Shown here piece after piece: positions 26,967-35,539 of a stretch of DNA of 64,000 nt. The stretch spans positions 7,322 through 71,321 of the forward strand of contig CAZTJK010000003.1 of assembly GCA_964613715.1 (NCBI GenBank), in the 5' to 3' direction. This DNA comes from an uncultured Candidatus Saccharibacteria bacterium (GTDB lineage Bacteria > Patescibacteriota > Minisyncoccia > Phycocordibacterales > GWA1-40-21). Every line of letters begins with the position of its first letter. The first letter of the stretch is position 1. Under the pieces are notes generated by a model. It had not been told where the DNA came from and made no database searches. It worked only from the letters and a program-made list of their open reading frames with translations. Made by a program: the position numbers and the translations under genes.

Positions 26967-29125
26967 TATTCGAAATGTATTTCCGCCTTTTTTCGTTCTG
27001 CCAGCCGCGTTTTCACGAGCGGGAAATCTGCAAGCGACGGGTCTTGTGCGAGCATTGCTTCCGCTTCCGTGCGTGCCGCTTCCACCATCTTGATATTCTT
27101 GATCGCTTCCATGCCGATATCCGTGACGCCCCATTGCGCGCTGCCTGAAAGCTCGCCCGGGCCACGCAATTGCAGATCATATTCTGCAAGCTCAAAGCCG
27201 TTTGATGATTTTTTGAATGCAGAGAGTCGTTTCACTGTCTTCTCGCTTTTGGTCTCGGCAAAGACGAAGCAATATGCCTGATGGGTGCCGCGGATCACGC
27301 GGCCGCGCAGCTGATGAAGCTGTGCCAAGCCGAAGCGCTCTGCGCCCTCGATCACGATCATCGTGGCATTCGGCACGTTCACGCCGACTTCGACGACGCT
27401 TGTTGCCACCAGTATCTGAATTTTTCCATTCTTGAAATCCTGCATCACCGCTTCTTTTTCTTTCGGCAGCATTTTCGAGTGCAGTATGCCGATCGTTTCG
27501 GTCTTGAATACGTCGCGCGCAAGGCGCTTGGCTTCTTCAGTGACGGATTTGGCGATCACGGCGCTTTCTTTTGCTGGATCCGGCTCATCGATACGCGGGC
27601 AGATGACATATGCCTGCCTGCCGGTTTTTATTTCCCCGCGGATCTTTTCATAGGTCGCTTCGCGCGCTCCCGGCAGCACGATTTCAGTGATGATCGGCTT
27701 TCGCCCTGCCGGCATTTCATCAAGGAGCGACAAGTCGAGATCGCCATAAATGGTGAGCGCAAGGGTGCGCGGTATCGGCGTTGCCGTCATGGAGAGGAGA
27801 TGCGGATTCATGCCGTCTTTCGTGGCGAGCTTTTGCCGCTGTAGCGTGCCGAACCGATGCTGCTCGTCGATCACGACGAATGCTAAGTGCTTGAACTTCA
27901 CGGATTTCTGTATGAGCGCATGCGTGCCGATGAGTATCGGTATCTCGCCATTTGCCACCCATTTCAAAAGCTGCGTGCGGGAAATCTGCGTCGAGCTTTT
28001 CGGATTTACCTTCGAAGGGAATTTGCGGCATTCCGTGCCGGTGATGAGACCGACCTGTATGCCGAGGTGCGTGAAATACTCGATGAATGATTCGAAATGC
28101 TGCTTGGCGAGGATTTCGGTCGGCGCCATATAGGCTACCTGCAGATTACCGAAGCTTTTTCCGTTCGGCCGTGATGTCACGACGGTATATGCCGCAGTTG
28201 CAGCCACCGCCGTTTTGCCTGAACCGACATCACCTTCAAGCAGTCGTGCCATAGCATGGCCTTTTGTAAAATCTTTCATGATATGCGAGATAGCCTTTTC
28301 TTGGGCTCCCGTAGCTTGGAAAGGGAATCGGCCGGTAAAATCCGCGATATCCTTCGTGGTTTTCTCAATCTGGTATGCAGGCTCTTTGTCCCAGGCTATG
28401 CGCGAGAGCTTTTTTGCAAGCTGTATGAAAAAGATTTCTTCGAAGGCGAATCGCTTGCGGGCGGCAAGCGCATGTTCTTCTTTCTGCGGCGCATGGATCC
28501 AGATGAGCGCGGTGGCGAGCTTGGGGAGATTGTATTTCTCGCGCATCGCATCCGGAATCGCGTCCTCGGTATCTTCGAGCAGCTTTGCCTGGAAGATTTT
28601 CTGTATCGCGTGGTAAAACCAATTCGAGGTTATGCCGCGGCTTTCGGGATACACAGGATAGAGCGAATGCGCCTCGCCCTCTTCGCCAAAAAGCGACGCT
28701 CCGACACCGATCGGCAATTTTTCCACCACTTCTATTTTCGGATTCGAAAGATAGAGTGCTTCTTTTCGCTCGGATACCTTGCCATCCGCACGCACGAATG
28801 CGCCATCGTGTACCATCTTTGCGATATACGGCTGGTGGAACCACACGGCCTTGATGCTGCCGGATTCGTCTTCGATATATGCTTCCGACATGGGGATTTT
28901 CGTGCGGAAGCCTTTCGAGGTTTTTAGGCGGGAAATCCTGCCGAAAATCACCGCCTTTTCTCCAGCGGCGAGCGAGCCGATATTTCTTTTCTCCGACGTA
29001 TCGCCGTAGCGGGCGGGGAAATGATACAGAAGGTCCGCGACTGTAGCGAGACCAAGCTTTTTCAGCGCCTTTTTCTGCGGTTCCTGCAAGCGAAAGGCGG
29101 TTTCAAGTGGAGTGTCGAGCGTCAT
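26966..29125 (-). CDS. recG: ATP-dependent DNA helicase RecG
   Basis: 719 aa, wedge domain plus DEQH helicase motifs (VIDEQHRFG), Walker A GDVGSGKT. Confidence 0.93.
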   Translation of the reverse strand: MTLDTPLETAFRLQEPQKKALKKLGLATVADLLYHFPARYGDTSEKRNIGSLAAGEKAVIFGRISRLKTSKGFRTKIPMSEAYIEDESGSIKAVWFHQPYIAKMVHDGAFVRADGKVSERKEALYLSNPKIEVVEKLPIGVGASLFGEEGEAHSLYPVYPESRGITSNWFYHAIQKIFQAKLLEDTEDAIPDAMREKYNLPKLATALIWIHAPQKEEHALAARKRFAFEEIFFIQLAKKLSRIAWDKEPAYQIEKTTKDIADFTGRFPFQATGAQEKAISHIMKDFTKGHAMARLLEGDVGSGKTAVAATAAYTVVTSRPNGKSFGNLQVAYMAPTEILAKQHFESFIEYFTHLGIQVGLITGTECRKFPSKVNPKSSTQISRTQLLKWVANGEIPILIGTHALIQKSVKFKHLAFVVIDEQHRFGTLQRQKLATKDGMNPHLLSMTATPIPRTLALTIYGDLDLSLLDEMPAGRKPIITEIVLPGAREATYEKIRGEIKTGRQAYVICPRIDEPDPAKESAVIAKSVTEEAKRLARDVFKTETIGILHSKMLPKEKEAVMQDFKNGKIQILVATSVVEVGVNVPNATMIVIEGAERFGLAQLHQLRGRVIRGTHQAYCFVFAETKSEKTVKRLSAFKKSSNGFELAEYDLQLRGPGELSGSAQWGVTDIGMEAIKNIKMVEAARTEAEAMLAQDPSLADFPLVKTRLAERKKAEIHFE

Positions 29126-29197
29126 GGGTAGATTATAGCGGGATTTTCATGCTCCGTATATGCTATACTTGAATCCGTTATTTATTCATCTTTTACT

Positions 29198-29686
29198 ATG
29201 ACAATACTCACCACAGCAGAAATCATTACTCGCATCGCGATCGCCGTCGGTCTCGGCGCTATCCTTGGTCTTGAGCGCACTTTTGCCGGCAAGCGCGCTG
29301 GCATGCGCACCTACGCCATGGTCGCGCTCGGCGCTGCGGTATTCATTATTATTGCGCAAAATGTCATCGCGGGGCTCGCATCTGCCGTCGGAGCAAATCC
29401 GCTCGGCGTTGCCGGTGCCATTATTTCTGGTATTGGCTTCATCGGTGCTGGTCTTCTGATTTTCCATGACAATAAGGTGACGGGTCTCACGACTGCTGCC
29501 GGCCTTTGGGTCTCTTCCGCAGTTGGCATGGCCTCGGGATTTGGTTTTTTTAGTCTTGCAACGATGACGACTGTCGCAGCGCTCATGGTATTCACCATGT
29601 TCTGGTTCATCGAGCACGGATTCCTCAAGTTTACGAGCCGCAAGAATTCGGATTATACCGACGAAGACGAGAACGGGAAGAAATAA
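29198..29686 (+). CDS. MgtC/SapB family membrane protein
   Basis: MTILTTAEIITRIAIAVGLGAILGLER...GMRTYAMVALGAAVF matches the MgtC N-terminal domain. Confidence 0.8.
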   Translation: MTILTTAEIITRIAIAVGLGAILGLERTFAGKRAGMRTYAMVALGAAVFIIIAQNVIAGLASAVGANPLGVAGAIISGIGFIGAGLLIFHDNKVTGLTTAAGLWVSSAVGMASGFGFFSLATMTTVAALMVFTMFWFIEHGFLKFTSRKNSDYTDEDENGKK

Positions 29687-29698
29687 AAAAATGAATCA

Positions 29699-29736
29699 AA
29701 AAAGCGCCGGCCGCGAAGCGGCCGGCGCTTTTCATT
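29699..29736. terminator. bidirectional terminator
   Basis: aaaagcgccggccgcgaagcggccggcgctttt. Confidence 0.6.
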
Positions 29737-29740
29737 TTCT

Positions 29741-30190
29741 TTACTGCCACGCAGCAAGGATTGCTCCCATCACTGCCACTTCAGTGAGCAAGCTCACGGT
29801 ATCAAAAAGCCAGAGCTTTTTCGATCGGCCCATCCAGATCATTTCTACCGATGACGCCGCTGCGACAAAAAGCCACATCCATGCGCCAAGCACCGCGCCA
29901 CGGTACCAGCTGATCGCGCCCATTAGTGGGGAGGCGAATACGAGCCACATTGCTCCGGAGAGCACGAATGCCAGGACAACATTTGCGACATAGTTTGCAA
30001 ACATCTGCCCTTTCATGCCAGCAAACGTTTCCTTGCCGGTCGGGGTCACGTTTGCAAGCCGCATCCAGATTTTGCCGAAGAGCGGTCCATGAAAGAGAAA
30101 GCCGATGATAAAAGCTGCTGCTGCAGCGACGAGTATTGCGAGAATATTGATCGTGAACATGAGTGAATTATATAATAAGGCTGATAACAC
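29741..30190 (-). CDS. DUF1761-like membrane protein
   Basis: AILVAAAAAFIIGFLFHGPLFGKIWMRLA resembles the DUF1761 N-terminus. 149 aa, 4 TM. Confidence 0.5.
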   Translation of the reverse strand: MLSALLYNSLMFTINILAILVAAAAAFIIGFLFHGPLFGKIWMRLANVTPTGKETFAGMKGQMFANYVANVVLAFVLSGAMWLVFASPLMGAISWYRGAVLGAWMWLFVAAASSVEMIWMGRSKKLWLFDTVSLLTEVAVMGAILAAWQ

Positions 30191-30200
30191 TCTTAGTATA

Positions 30201-30455
30201 TCATTTTTTCTTGTCCTTCCAGTTCCACCACTTCAGCTTCTCGACATCACGCCCACCTTCGGCATAGTACACTGCCGTGCGAAATACATATAAGAGACAG
30301 CGGTCTTGCACCAGACCTGCGAATTTATTCGAGGCATCAAAGAGCTTTTCCGGATCTTTACCAGCGAGGTCTTTTACTTCCTGGATGCCGATTTCTTCCA
30401 AATCTTTCGCGATCGATTCCCCGACGCCCGGGATGATAGTAAGAGGAGATTTCAT
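30201..30455 (-). CDS. helix-hairpin-helix domain protein
   Basis: 84 aa. TIIPGVGESIAKDLEEIGIQEVKDLAGK is HhH-like. Confidence 0.55.
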   Translation of the reverse strand: MKSPLTIIPGVGESIAKDLEEIGIQEVKDLAGKDPEKLFDASNKFAGLVQDRCLLYVFRTAVYYAEGGRDVEKLKWWNWKDKKK

Positions 30456-30683
30456 TGTGCGGGGGCTCGTGAACGACGTTAGAAACGCAGTAATAAATTC
30501 CGACCAAAACTACTCCTTAAATATACCTGAAATTTCAGAAATGAAAAATTCGGATAGCACGCCTGAAATTATACCGGTCATAACCGATACAGACCAAGAC
30601 TCCTGAAGTTATCATCTTTTGTAACTTTCCTATAGAACTTATACACACCTAAACGCATTAGATTTAGGGTAAGTACAAACTAT

Positions 30684-30863
30684 ATGGAAATCTCAAAAGA
30701 AGGGATCGAGGAGTTTAAGCAAGCTCACTTGGAGGTATATGGGTATGAAATATCGGATGAGGAAGCGAGGGAGATAGCCCAGAGACTTGTCGGATTACTT
30801 TTATTGGTAGAAAGGCCGTTACCAGAAGACGTGGAACTAGAAAAAGATGAGGATGATTTTTAA
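30684..30863 (+). CDS. small acidic hypothetical protein (59 aa)
   Basis: ORF MEISKEGIEEFKQAHLEVYGYEISDEEAREIAQRLVGLLLLVERPLPEDVELEKDEDDF, which falls below the 60-aa track cut-off. It is speculative. Confidence 0.2.
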   Translation: MEISKEGIEEFKQAHLEVYGYEISDEEAREIAQRLVGLLLLVERPLPEDVELEKDEDDF

Positions 30864-30893
30864 TAATAAAGGATTGGATACGAGTTCACCACC

Positions 30894-31328
30894 TTAAGAA
30901 ATATCACGAGCAGGGCACACTAAAATATTTTTGCCTACCAGTTCCTTTTTAACTTTTCTGATCAACGCCGCATCATCAGAATAAACAGTTGTTTGAATTT
31001 GAAATAGTTGGGTTTGACGTTGATTTGCCGAGATTTCTGAAAACATAAGCAGTGTTGCCAGAATGGAAACGTCCCCAAATCCCGTCATGTTGTAAAAAGA
31101 ACGCCCACCATACTTGTTAAGAATCTGTCGGTAATGTTTAAGGTAAACTCCTTCATCAAAATCGTTAGTTTTGGAAATTGTAAATATTCGATCTGGAAGA
31201 TGTTTTTTATGAATTATTTCGGTCATCTCAACTTCATCCTCAACATCGGGTACCAAGAAATAATCATCTTGAAGAGTAAGATTATTTTTAAGGATATGTT
31301 GGACGGCGTTTGTATCAATGATGTTCAT
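30894..31328 (-). CDS. PIN-domain nuclease (VapC-like)
   Basis: MNIIDTNAVQHIL (the D-T-N motif). Later acidic residues are at PDVEDE, GFGDVSILA and SDDAALI. The start overlaps the upstream stop (ATGA). Confidence 0.65.
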   Translation of the reverse strand: MNIIDTNAVQHILKNNLTLQDDYFLVPDVEDEVEMTEIIHKKHLPDRIFTISKTNDFDEGVYLKHYRQILNKYGGRSFYNMTGFGDVSILATLLMFSEISANQRQTQLFQIQTTVYSDDAALIRKVKKELVGKNILVCPARDIS

Positions 31329-32521
31329 ATACCAAGCTCATTACGATATTTGCGATAGCCCTTTTTATTAGGTGCTCCCCATATCAAATATTGGGCCTGT
31401 GTACTTGGCAAAGTACCAGCTTGAATCGATCTGTTAATAGTTTGAAATGTAATTCGGCCGCAAAATTTTTCCACTGATGTTGAAATTCGTGGAGCGCGAC
31501 CTCGTCTTTTATTTTTTTTCGGAACATATGGTGGCGGTTTTAATGATTCGTATTCTTGCTTGGAGATAATTCCTCTCAGATGAAGAGTGGTAACCAGCGC
31601 CAGTGGAGAAACCTTTAGCTTGCTGGAAAGAGTATCGATTGTTGATCGGGTTACACGTTCCTTGCGTAGAGGTTCAACCTCTATTGATGGAATAAGGAGT
31701 TCTGACGTAATCGTGTGTAGTCTTGCCGGAACACCAGTTGCCTTCAACATTTTGGTTTTAAAATCCTTATCAAGAAAGTAGTTGTACTGCCCAAGACCAA
31801 TGATTGATAGGAGATAAACCAGTGTATAGATTTGCCGGCTTTCTACCTCATCCGGATTGACCTCGCTTGGAAGGAAAACAAAAGGTACCCGATCATCTTT
31901 AATGACAAAACCACTGGTGTTCCGGTAAACATCGCTTGATACGACCTGGTGCATCGGAAGAATCTTATGTGTCAGGACTCCTCGCGAGACAGTGATGTTT
32001 TTGCTTTCCACTTGACGAATAAGATATTCCAGCGCCTTTCCTTTTCCAGTAAAGCGCCACAATTGATTTCGATCAATTTCGAAATGAGAAAGGATCTGGT
32101 TCGCCGCTTGACTTGGTTGAAATCCATTTATTGACCCGCAGAATAGATTTTTAGGAAAAACAGTTGAAGTTGTCAGGAAATTTTGCTGACGGATTAACCT
32201 ATCGATGATGCGCTTCGAGGTGATATTCCCAGATCCTTTGCGTTTCGCAATAAGTTTGGGAGAGATTTTATATCGACGTTGCTTATCAATATGGTCGATT
32301 TGAATATCGAGATTAGCGGAAGTGAGAAAAAACATCTGCCAAGCAATTAGAATTATCTCGCTTTCTTTTTGGAGATCCGAAAAGTCGATTTGTCCATTGG
32401 TGAATGCAGTACTAAAAACAGGTCTGTTTATCAATCCTTCTTCGGGATAAATTTCAAGAATGCGTTTGACTACGCCATCTTCAATTTCTACGGAATTTGT
32501 ATCGTCGACTGTGACATACAT
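31325..32521 (-). CDS. hypothetical protein (398 aa) with a basic C-terminus, no recognisable domain
   Basis: Co-oriented and translationally coupled with the PIN gene. No P-loop or HExxH. The C-terminus KKNKRRGRAPRIS...KKGYRKYRNELGI is basic. Confidence 0.5.
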   Translation of the reverse strand: MYVTVDDTNSVEIEDGVVKRILEIYPEEGLINRPVFSTAFTNGQIDFSDLQKESEIILIAWQMFFLTSANLDIQIDHIDKQRRYKISPKLIAKRKGSGNITSKRIIDRLIRQQNFLTTSTVFPKNLFCGSINGFQPSQAANQILSHFEIDRNQLWRFTGKGKALEYLIRQVESKNITVSRGVLTHKILPMHQVVSSDVYRNTSGFVIKDDRVPFVFLPSEVNPDEVESRQIYTLVYLLSIIGLGQYNYFLDKDFKTKMLKATGVPARLHTITSELLIPSIEVEPLRKERVTRSTIDTLSSKLKVSPLALVTTLHLRGIISKQEYESLKPPPYVPKKNKRRGRAPRISTSVEKFCGRITFQTINRSIQAGTLPSTQAQYLIWGAPNKKGYRKYRNELGI

Positions 32522-32530
32522 AAAGTTGAC

Positions 32531-33352
32531 CTAATGAGTAGCTTCTTTTGGCGGATTGTATTCGATTTTTGGCGGTAGATCAGTCATTGCATAATGGACA
32601 AACTGCTGACCAAGTTCTGAAAGTTCATACAAATCTTCCTCATCGAAGGCTGATTCCATTGGTTTCGGGCCAGAGCGCGGCACCGGCGATCTTCTCTGGG
32701 GTGTTTTTCCGTAAAAATTACCTTCCGCATCTTTTTCCCGATGTTGTCGGATGATACCACCCATGTTGAGATCACGAATGAGGAGGCGATACAAACCAGC
32801 TTCTGGTGAGTCTTCACGCACTGGACCTTTGCCGATCTTCCGCCAAATCACTCCGCGACTTATTCCGTTTGTGTTATACACGGCAGCGATCACCTGGAAG
32901 TGTAATTCGGAGTAGGTCTTAAGCCAATCAATGAACAACCGTACCACATCGTCACTTGTAATGGTTGAAGCGGCAGCATTCGCAAGAATATTTCTGATAT
33001 AAACTCTTTTTTCCTCGCTTTCTGTCCCCGACCATTCGCGGAACGTTTTCTTCATAAGAGACTGATATTCCTTACTCTCGATCCTTTCGGCTACCTTGTT
33101 GTCATGCATATCAAGCCTTGCCATTATTTCGAGAATGGTTTGCTGTTTTTCTCGTAGTTCATCCTCAAGCATTTTTATCCAATGCTGAAAGAATTTGTTT
33201 ACTTTTTCCTGTTCGTTTTCAGACCAAGCCCCTGCCGCAGCTGAAAATAAGCCACCTGCGAATGGAACTGCGCCACCAATAACTTGCAATGCACCGCGCA
33301 CGATTTTCGGCGTTGGACCTTCTTCTGGTATATTTTTATTTTCTTCGGTCAT
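32531..33352 (-). CDS. hypothetical protein (273 aa) with a Gly/Ala-rich N-terminal hydrophobic segment
   Basis: The N-terminal segment is GALQVIGGAVPFAGGLFSAAAGAW. It overlaps the doc stop by 4 bp (ATGA) and sits 9 bp upstream of the next gene. Confidence 0.5.
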   Translation of the reverse strand: MTEENKNIPEEGPTPKIVRGALQVIGGAVPFAGGLFSAAAGAWSENEQEKVNKFFQHWIKMLEDELREKQQTILEIMARLDMHDNKVAERIESKEYQSLMKKTFREWSGTESEEKRVYIRNILANAAASTITSDDVVRLFIDWLKTYSELHFQVIAAVYNTNGISRGVIWRKIGKGPVREDSPEAGLYRLLIRDLNMGGIIRQHREKDAEGNFYGKTPQRRSPVPRSGPKPMESAFDEEDLYELSELGQQFVHYAMTDLPPKIEYNPPKEATH

Positions 33353-33810
33353 TGCGATACATCCTCAGATTGCATTGCGGCCATTTCTCTGTTATCAACC
33401 AAATGTTTTTCTATCGTTTCTGCTATTTGCTCCATGATGGTAATCCGTTCTGCTGGTTTGCTTCCTGCGATTCCCACCGCGAAATTATACAACTCTATCT
33501 TATTGATATTGAGCCATTTGCCATTTTTGTAGAGAAAATAGAATAGGCTCATGACCGCGATTCGCTTGTTGCCATTTTGGAATGGATGGTTCTTGATCAT
33601 GAGGTAAAAGAAGGTGCTGGCTTTACTCACAAGCCCTTGATATTGGTCTTTTTTGGCGAAACGGAAGAAGGGTGTTTTGATGCAACTTTCAAGCACGTTT
33701 GGAAACCGGGTACCAAAATCAGGGATCGGCTCATCCCAATTCATGAGCTTTTGAGCGAATGCAAAAGCAACGTATTCAATTTCATTGACCGTAATATTCT
33801 TTGTTCTCAT
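33349..33810 (-). CDS. doc: Doc/Fic-family toxin (death-on-curing-like)
   Basis: Fic motif HPFQNGNKRIAV (HxFx[D/N]GNKR). 153 aa. Overlaps the upstream HTH gene by 4 bp. Confidence 0.8.
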   Translation of the reverse strand: MRTKNITVNEIEYVAFAFAQKLMNWDEPIPDFGTRFPNVLESCIKTPFFRFAKKDQYQGLVSKASTFFYLMIKNHPFQNGNKRIAVMSLFYFLYKNGKWLNINKIELYNFAVGIAGSKPAERITIMEQIAETIEKHLVDNREMAAMQSEDVSQ

Positions 33811-34064
33811 TCCTTTCCGAGTTGCTTAAAGACATCCCCATACTCTATTAATGCCCGATCAATAGCTTTTTCTATTTCTTCTTTCTTTGTGGTTCCGATT
33901 GCCTTTCCAAGCAACTCTTCTAATGATTCATAGGGAATGACATAGTTACGTCCGACCTTCTGGGCTTTGATTTCTCCAGATTGGATCTTTTGGAAGACAG
34001 CTATACGGCTCAGATGCAGAATATTGGCTGCTTCTACGGTGGAATACATTGATTTTATAGTCAT
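33807..34064 (-). CDS. HTH (excisionase/MerR-type) DNA-binding protein, the putative antitoxin of Doc
   Basis: 85 aa. STVEAANILHLSRIAVFQKIQSGEIKAQKVGRNYVI is an HTH_17-like motif. It is the first gene of the operon. Confidence 0.7.
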   Translation of the reverse strand: MTIKSMYSTVEAANILHLSRIAVFQKIQSGEIKAQKVGRNYVIPYESLEELLGKAIGTTKKEEIEKAIDRALIEYGDVFKQLGKE

Positions 34065-34072
34065 ATTTGAAG

Positions 34073-34088
34073 CTTAACATATGTTAAG
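34073..34088. promoter_or_regulatory. perfect 16-bp palindrome cttaacatatgttaag, the candidate operator for the HTH antitoxin
   Basis: It lies 9-24 nt upstream of the antitoxin ATG on the minus strand. Confidence 0.45.
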
Positions 34089-34114
34089 TCTCAAGCAAGA
34101 CGATGAGCTAGCCA

Positions 34115-34160
34115 GTTCTAACATCGTCTCGGAAACAGTAACACTGGACTATGTTAGAAC
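34115..34160. repeat. 10-bp perfect inverted repeat gttctaacat...atgttagaac with a 26-bp spacer
   Basis: It sits between the island operon promoter and the tRNA-Ser 3' end and is followed by tttt on the plus strand. Confidence 0.4.
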
Positions 34161-34214
34161 TTTTGAAAATATCCTTGTGGATTTTGGTTTTTTTATTTGG
34201 GTAGGACTAAAAAG

Positions 34215-34303
34215 CGGAGACGGTGGGATTCGAACCCACGAGACCTTTAAGGGGTCTACCTCGTTAGCAGTGAGGTGCTTTCGGCCAGCTCAGCCACGTC
34301 TCC
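34215..34303 (-). tRNA. tRNA-Ser (anticodon GCU)
   Basis: Manual fold: GGAGACG...GCTGAGCTGGCCGAAAGC...cctca-CTGCTAA-cgagg, a long variable arm, T-arm cgtgg-gttcgaatc-ccacc, 3' cgtctcc. 89 nt. Confidence 0.85.
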
Positions 34304-34386
34304 GTATCCGCCCACGATAGCATATTCACTTCTATTATTCTACTTTTCTTGCCTTGCTCCTCGTGGTGCTCTTGCTATACTTGTGA

Positions 34387-34756
34387 TATGGCTCATCGAA
34401 ACATTCTCAACTTTCTTTTAGTACTGCAGCTTCTGCTCAATGCGCTTTGGTTCGTGCTTGCATACATGACGAAAAGCGCCGGCATCGCATATACGTCGGT
34501 ATTACTCTTGTGGATGTCCGTGATCGCAATTCTACTTTTCGCAAACCTGTCAAAAGGCATCGTCCTGCTCCTCGTACCATATATATTGTGGATATACGGC
34601 ATTTCCTACAGCACCTATTTTTCCTGGCAGGGGAATCAGGCGCTTGCGGCAGAGCCGGTGGCCTGCACCATGGAGGCAAAGCTTTGCCCGGATGGATCAT
34701 ATGTGGGACGTACGGGACCATCCTGCGAATTCGCTGCATGCCCAGGAGGGAAATAA
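34387..34756 (+). CDS. hypothetical membrane protein with a Cys-rich C-terminal tail
   Basis: 122 aa from the ATG at 34387, which has a TATACT -10 7 nt upstream. The C-terminus reads CTMEAKLCPDGSYVGRTGPSCEFAACPG. Confidence 0.4.
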
Positions 34757-34764
34757 TATAAAAA

Positions 34765-34806
34765 CAAAAAGCGGCGCGTGCGAAGCATGCGCCGCTTTTT
34801 GTTTTT
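34765..34806. terminator. bidirectional terminator
   Basis: aaaagcggcgcgtgcgaagcatgcgccgctttttgttttt. Confidence 0.6.
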
Positions 34807-34811
34807 AATTT

Positions 34812-35480
34812 TTAATGCGCGATCGCAATGCCAAGCACGTGTTTTGCACCGGCTGCCCGGAGCGTCTTCATCGCTTCATTCATGGTGGCGCCGGTAGTGA
34901 TGACATCATCAAGCACGATGATATTTCTTCCGCGCACTATTCTCGCATCTGCGGAAAATGAGCCGGCGAGATTTGCGAGGCGCTTCGCCCGGCCGCCAAG
35001 ACGGGATTGATGCGGCGTTGCTTTTATTTTCGATAATGCAGAAAGGGAAAGGGTGAGATTTTTCTCACCATCAAGCCGGGTGATTTCTCTGGCGATGAGT
35101 TCGCACTGATTATGCCCGCGCTCGCGAAGCGTTTGTCGATGCACAGGTATTGGCACGAGCAGGGGATCAGCGAAATTTGCAAAGAGAGTTGCATCGCCGA
35201 GCTCGTCGAGGAGGAATGTGTAGAGAAGTGCCGCGAATTTCCGCACAAGCGTGCGATTGCCGCGGTATTTTATTTCCCAAATTGCCGTTTTTACGATTGG
35301 ATACCGATAGGTAAAGAGCGCTGTGCAGTTTTTCGCAGACGTATCCTCCGCTTGCGGCACCGTTCCAAGGATTTCTTCCTCGGACATCGCTTCGATGGCG
35401 CCGACGTGCGCATCTTGCGGCACGATGATCGAAAGTACGGCATTCAAAAAGTTTTTCAACTGCTGCATATGATGGAACAA
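34812..35480 (-). CDS. comFC: ComF-family phosphoribosyltransferase-domain protein
   Basis: PRTase motif IIVLDDVITTGATM. 222 aa. Confidence 0.8.
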   Translation of the reverse strand: MFHHMQQLKNFLNAVLSIIVPQDAHVGAIEAMSEEEILGTVPQAEDTSAKNCTALFTYRYPIVKTAIWEIKYRGNRTLVRKFAALLYTFLLDELGDATLFANFADPLLVPIPVHRQTLRERGHNQCELIAREITRLDGEKNLTLSLSALSKIKATPHQSRLGGRAKRLANLAGSFSADARIVRGRNIIVLDDVITTGATMNEAMKTLRAAGAKHVLGIAIAH

Positions 35481-35539
35481 TCTCGTTGTAGGGCGATATT
35501 CGTGTGGTATAATACCATGAATAGTATAGAGTATTTCGC

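Larger units (their letters stand above)
30456..34210. other. AT-rich accessory island next to tRNA-Ser(GCU), with no integrase
   Basis: There is a sharp fall in GC content relative to the flanks. The island is bounded on the right by the tRNA-Ser 3' end and holds a five-gene overlapping operon: HTH, Doc, two unknown proteins, PIN. Confidence 0.6.

Noticed and set aside
30456-30520. A possible attR-like copy of the tRNA-Ser 3' end at the left edge of the AT-rich island
   Set aside because: The best local resemblance, gcgggggctcgtgaacgacg versus gcggagacggtgggattcgaacc, is too weak to call a direct repeat. The island boundary on this side is therefore defined by composition only.
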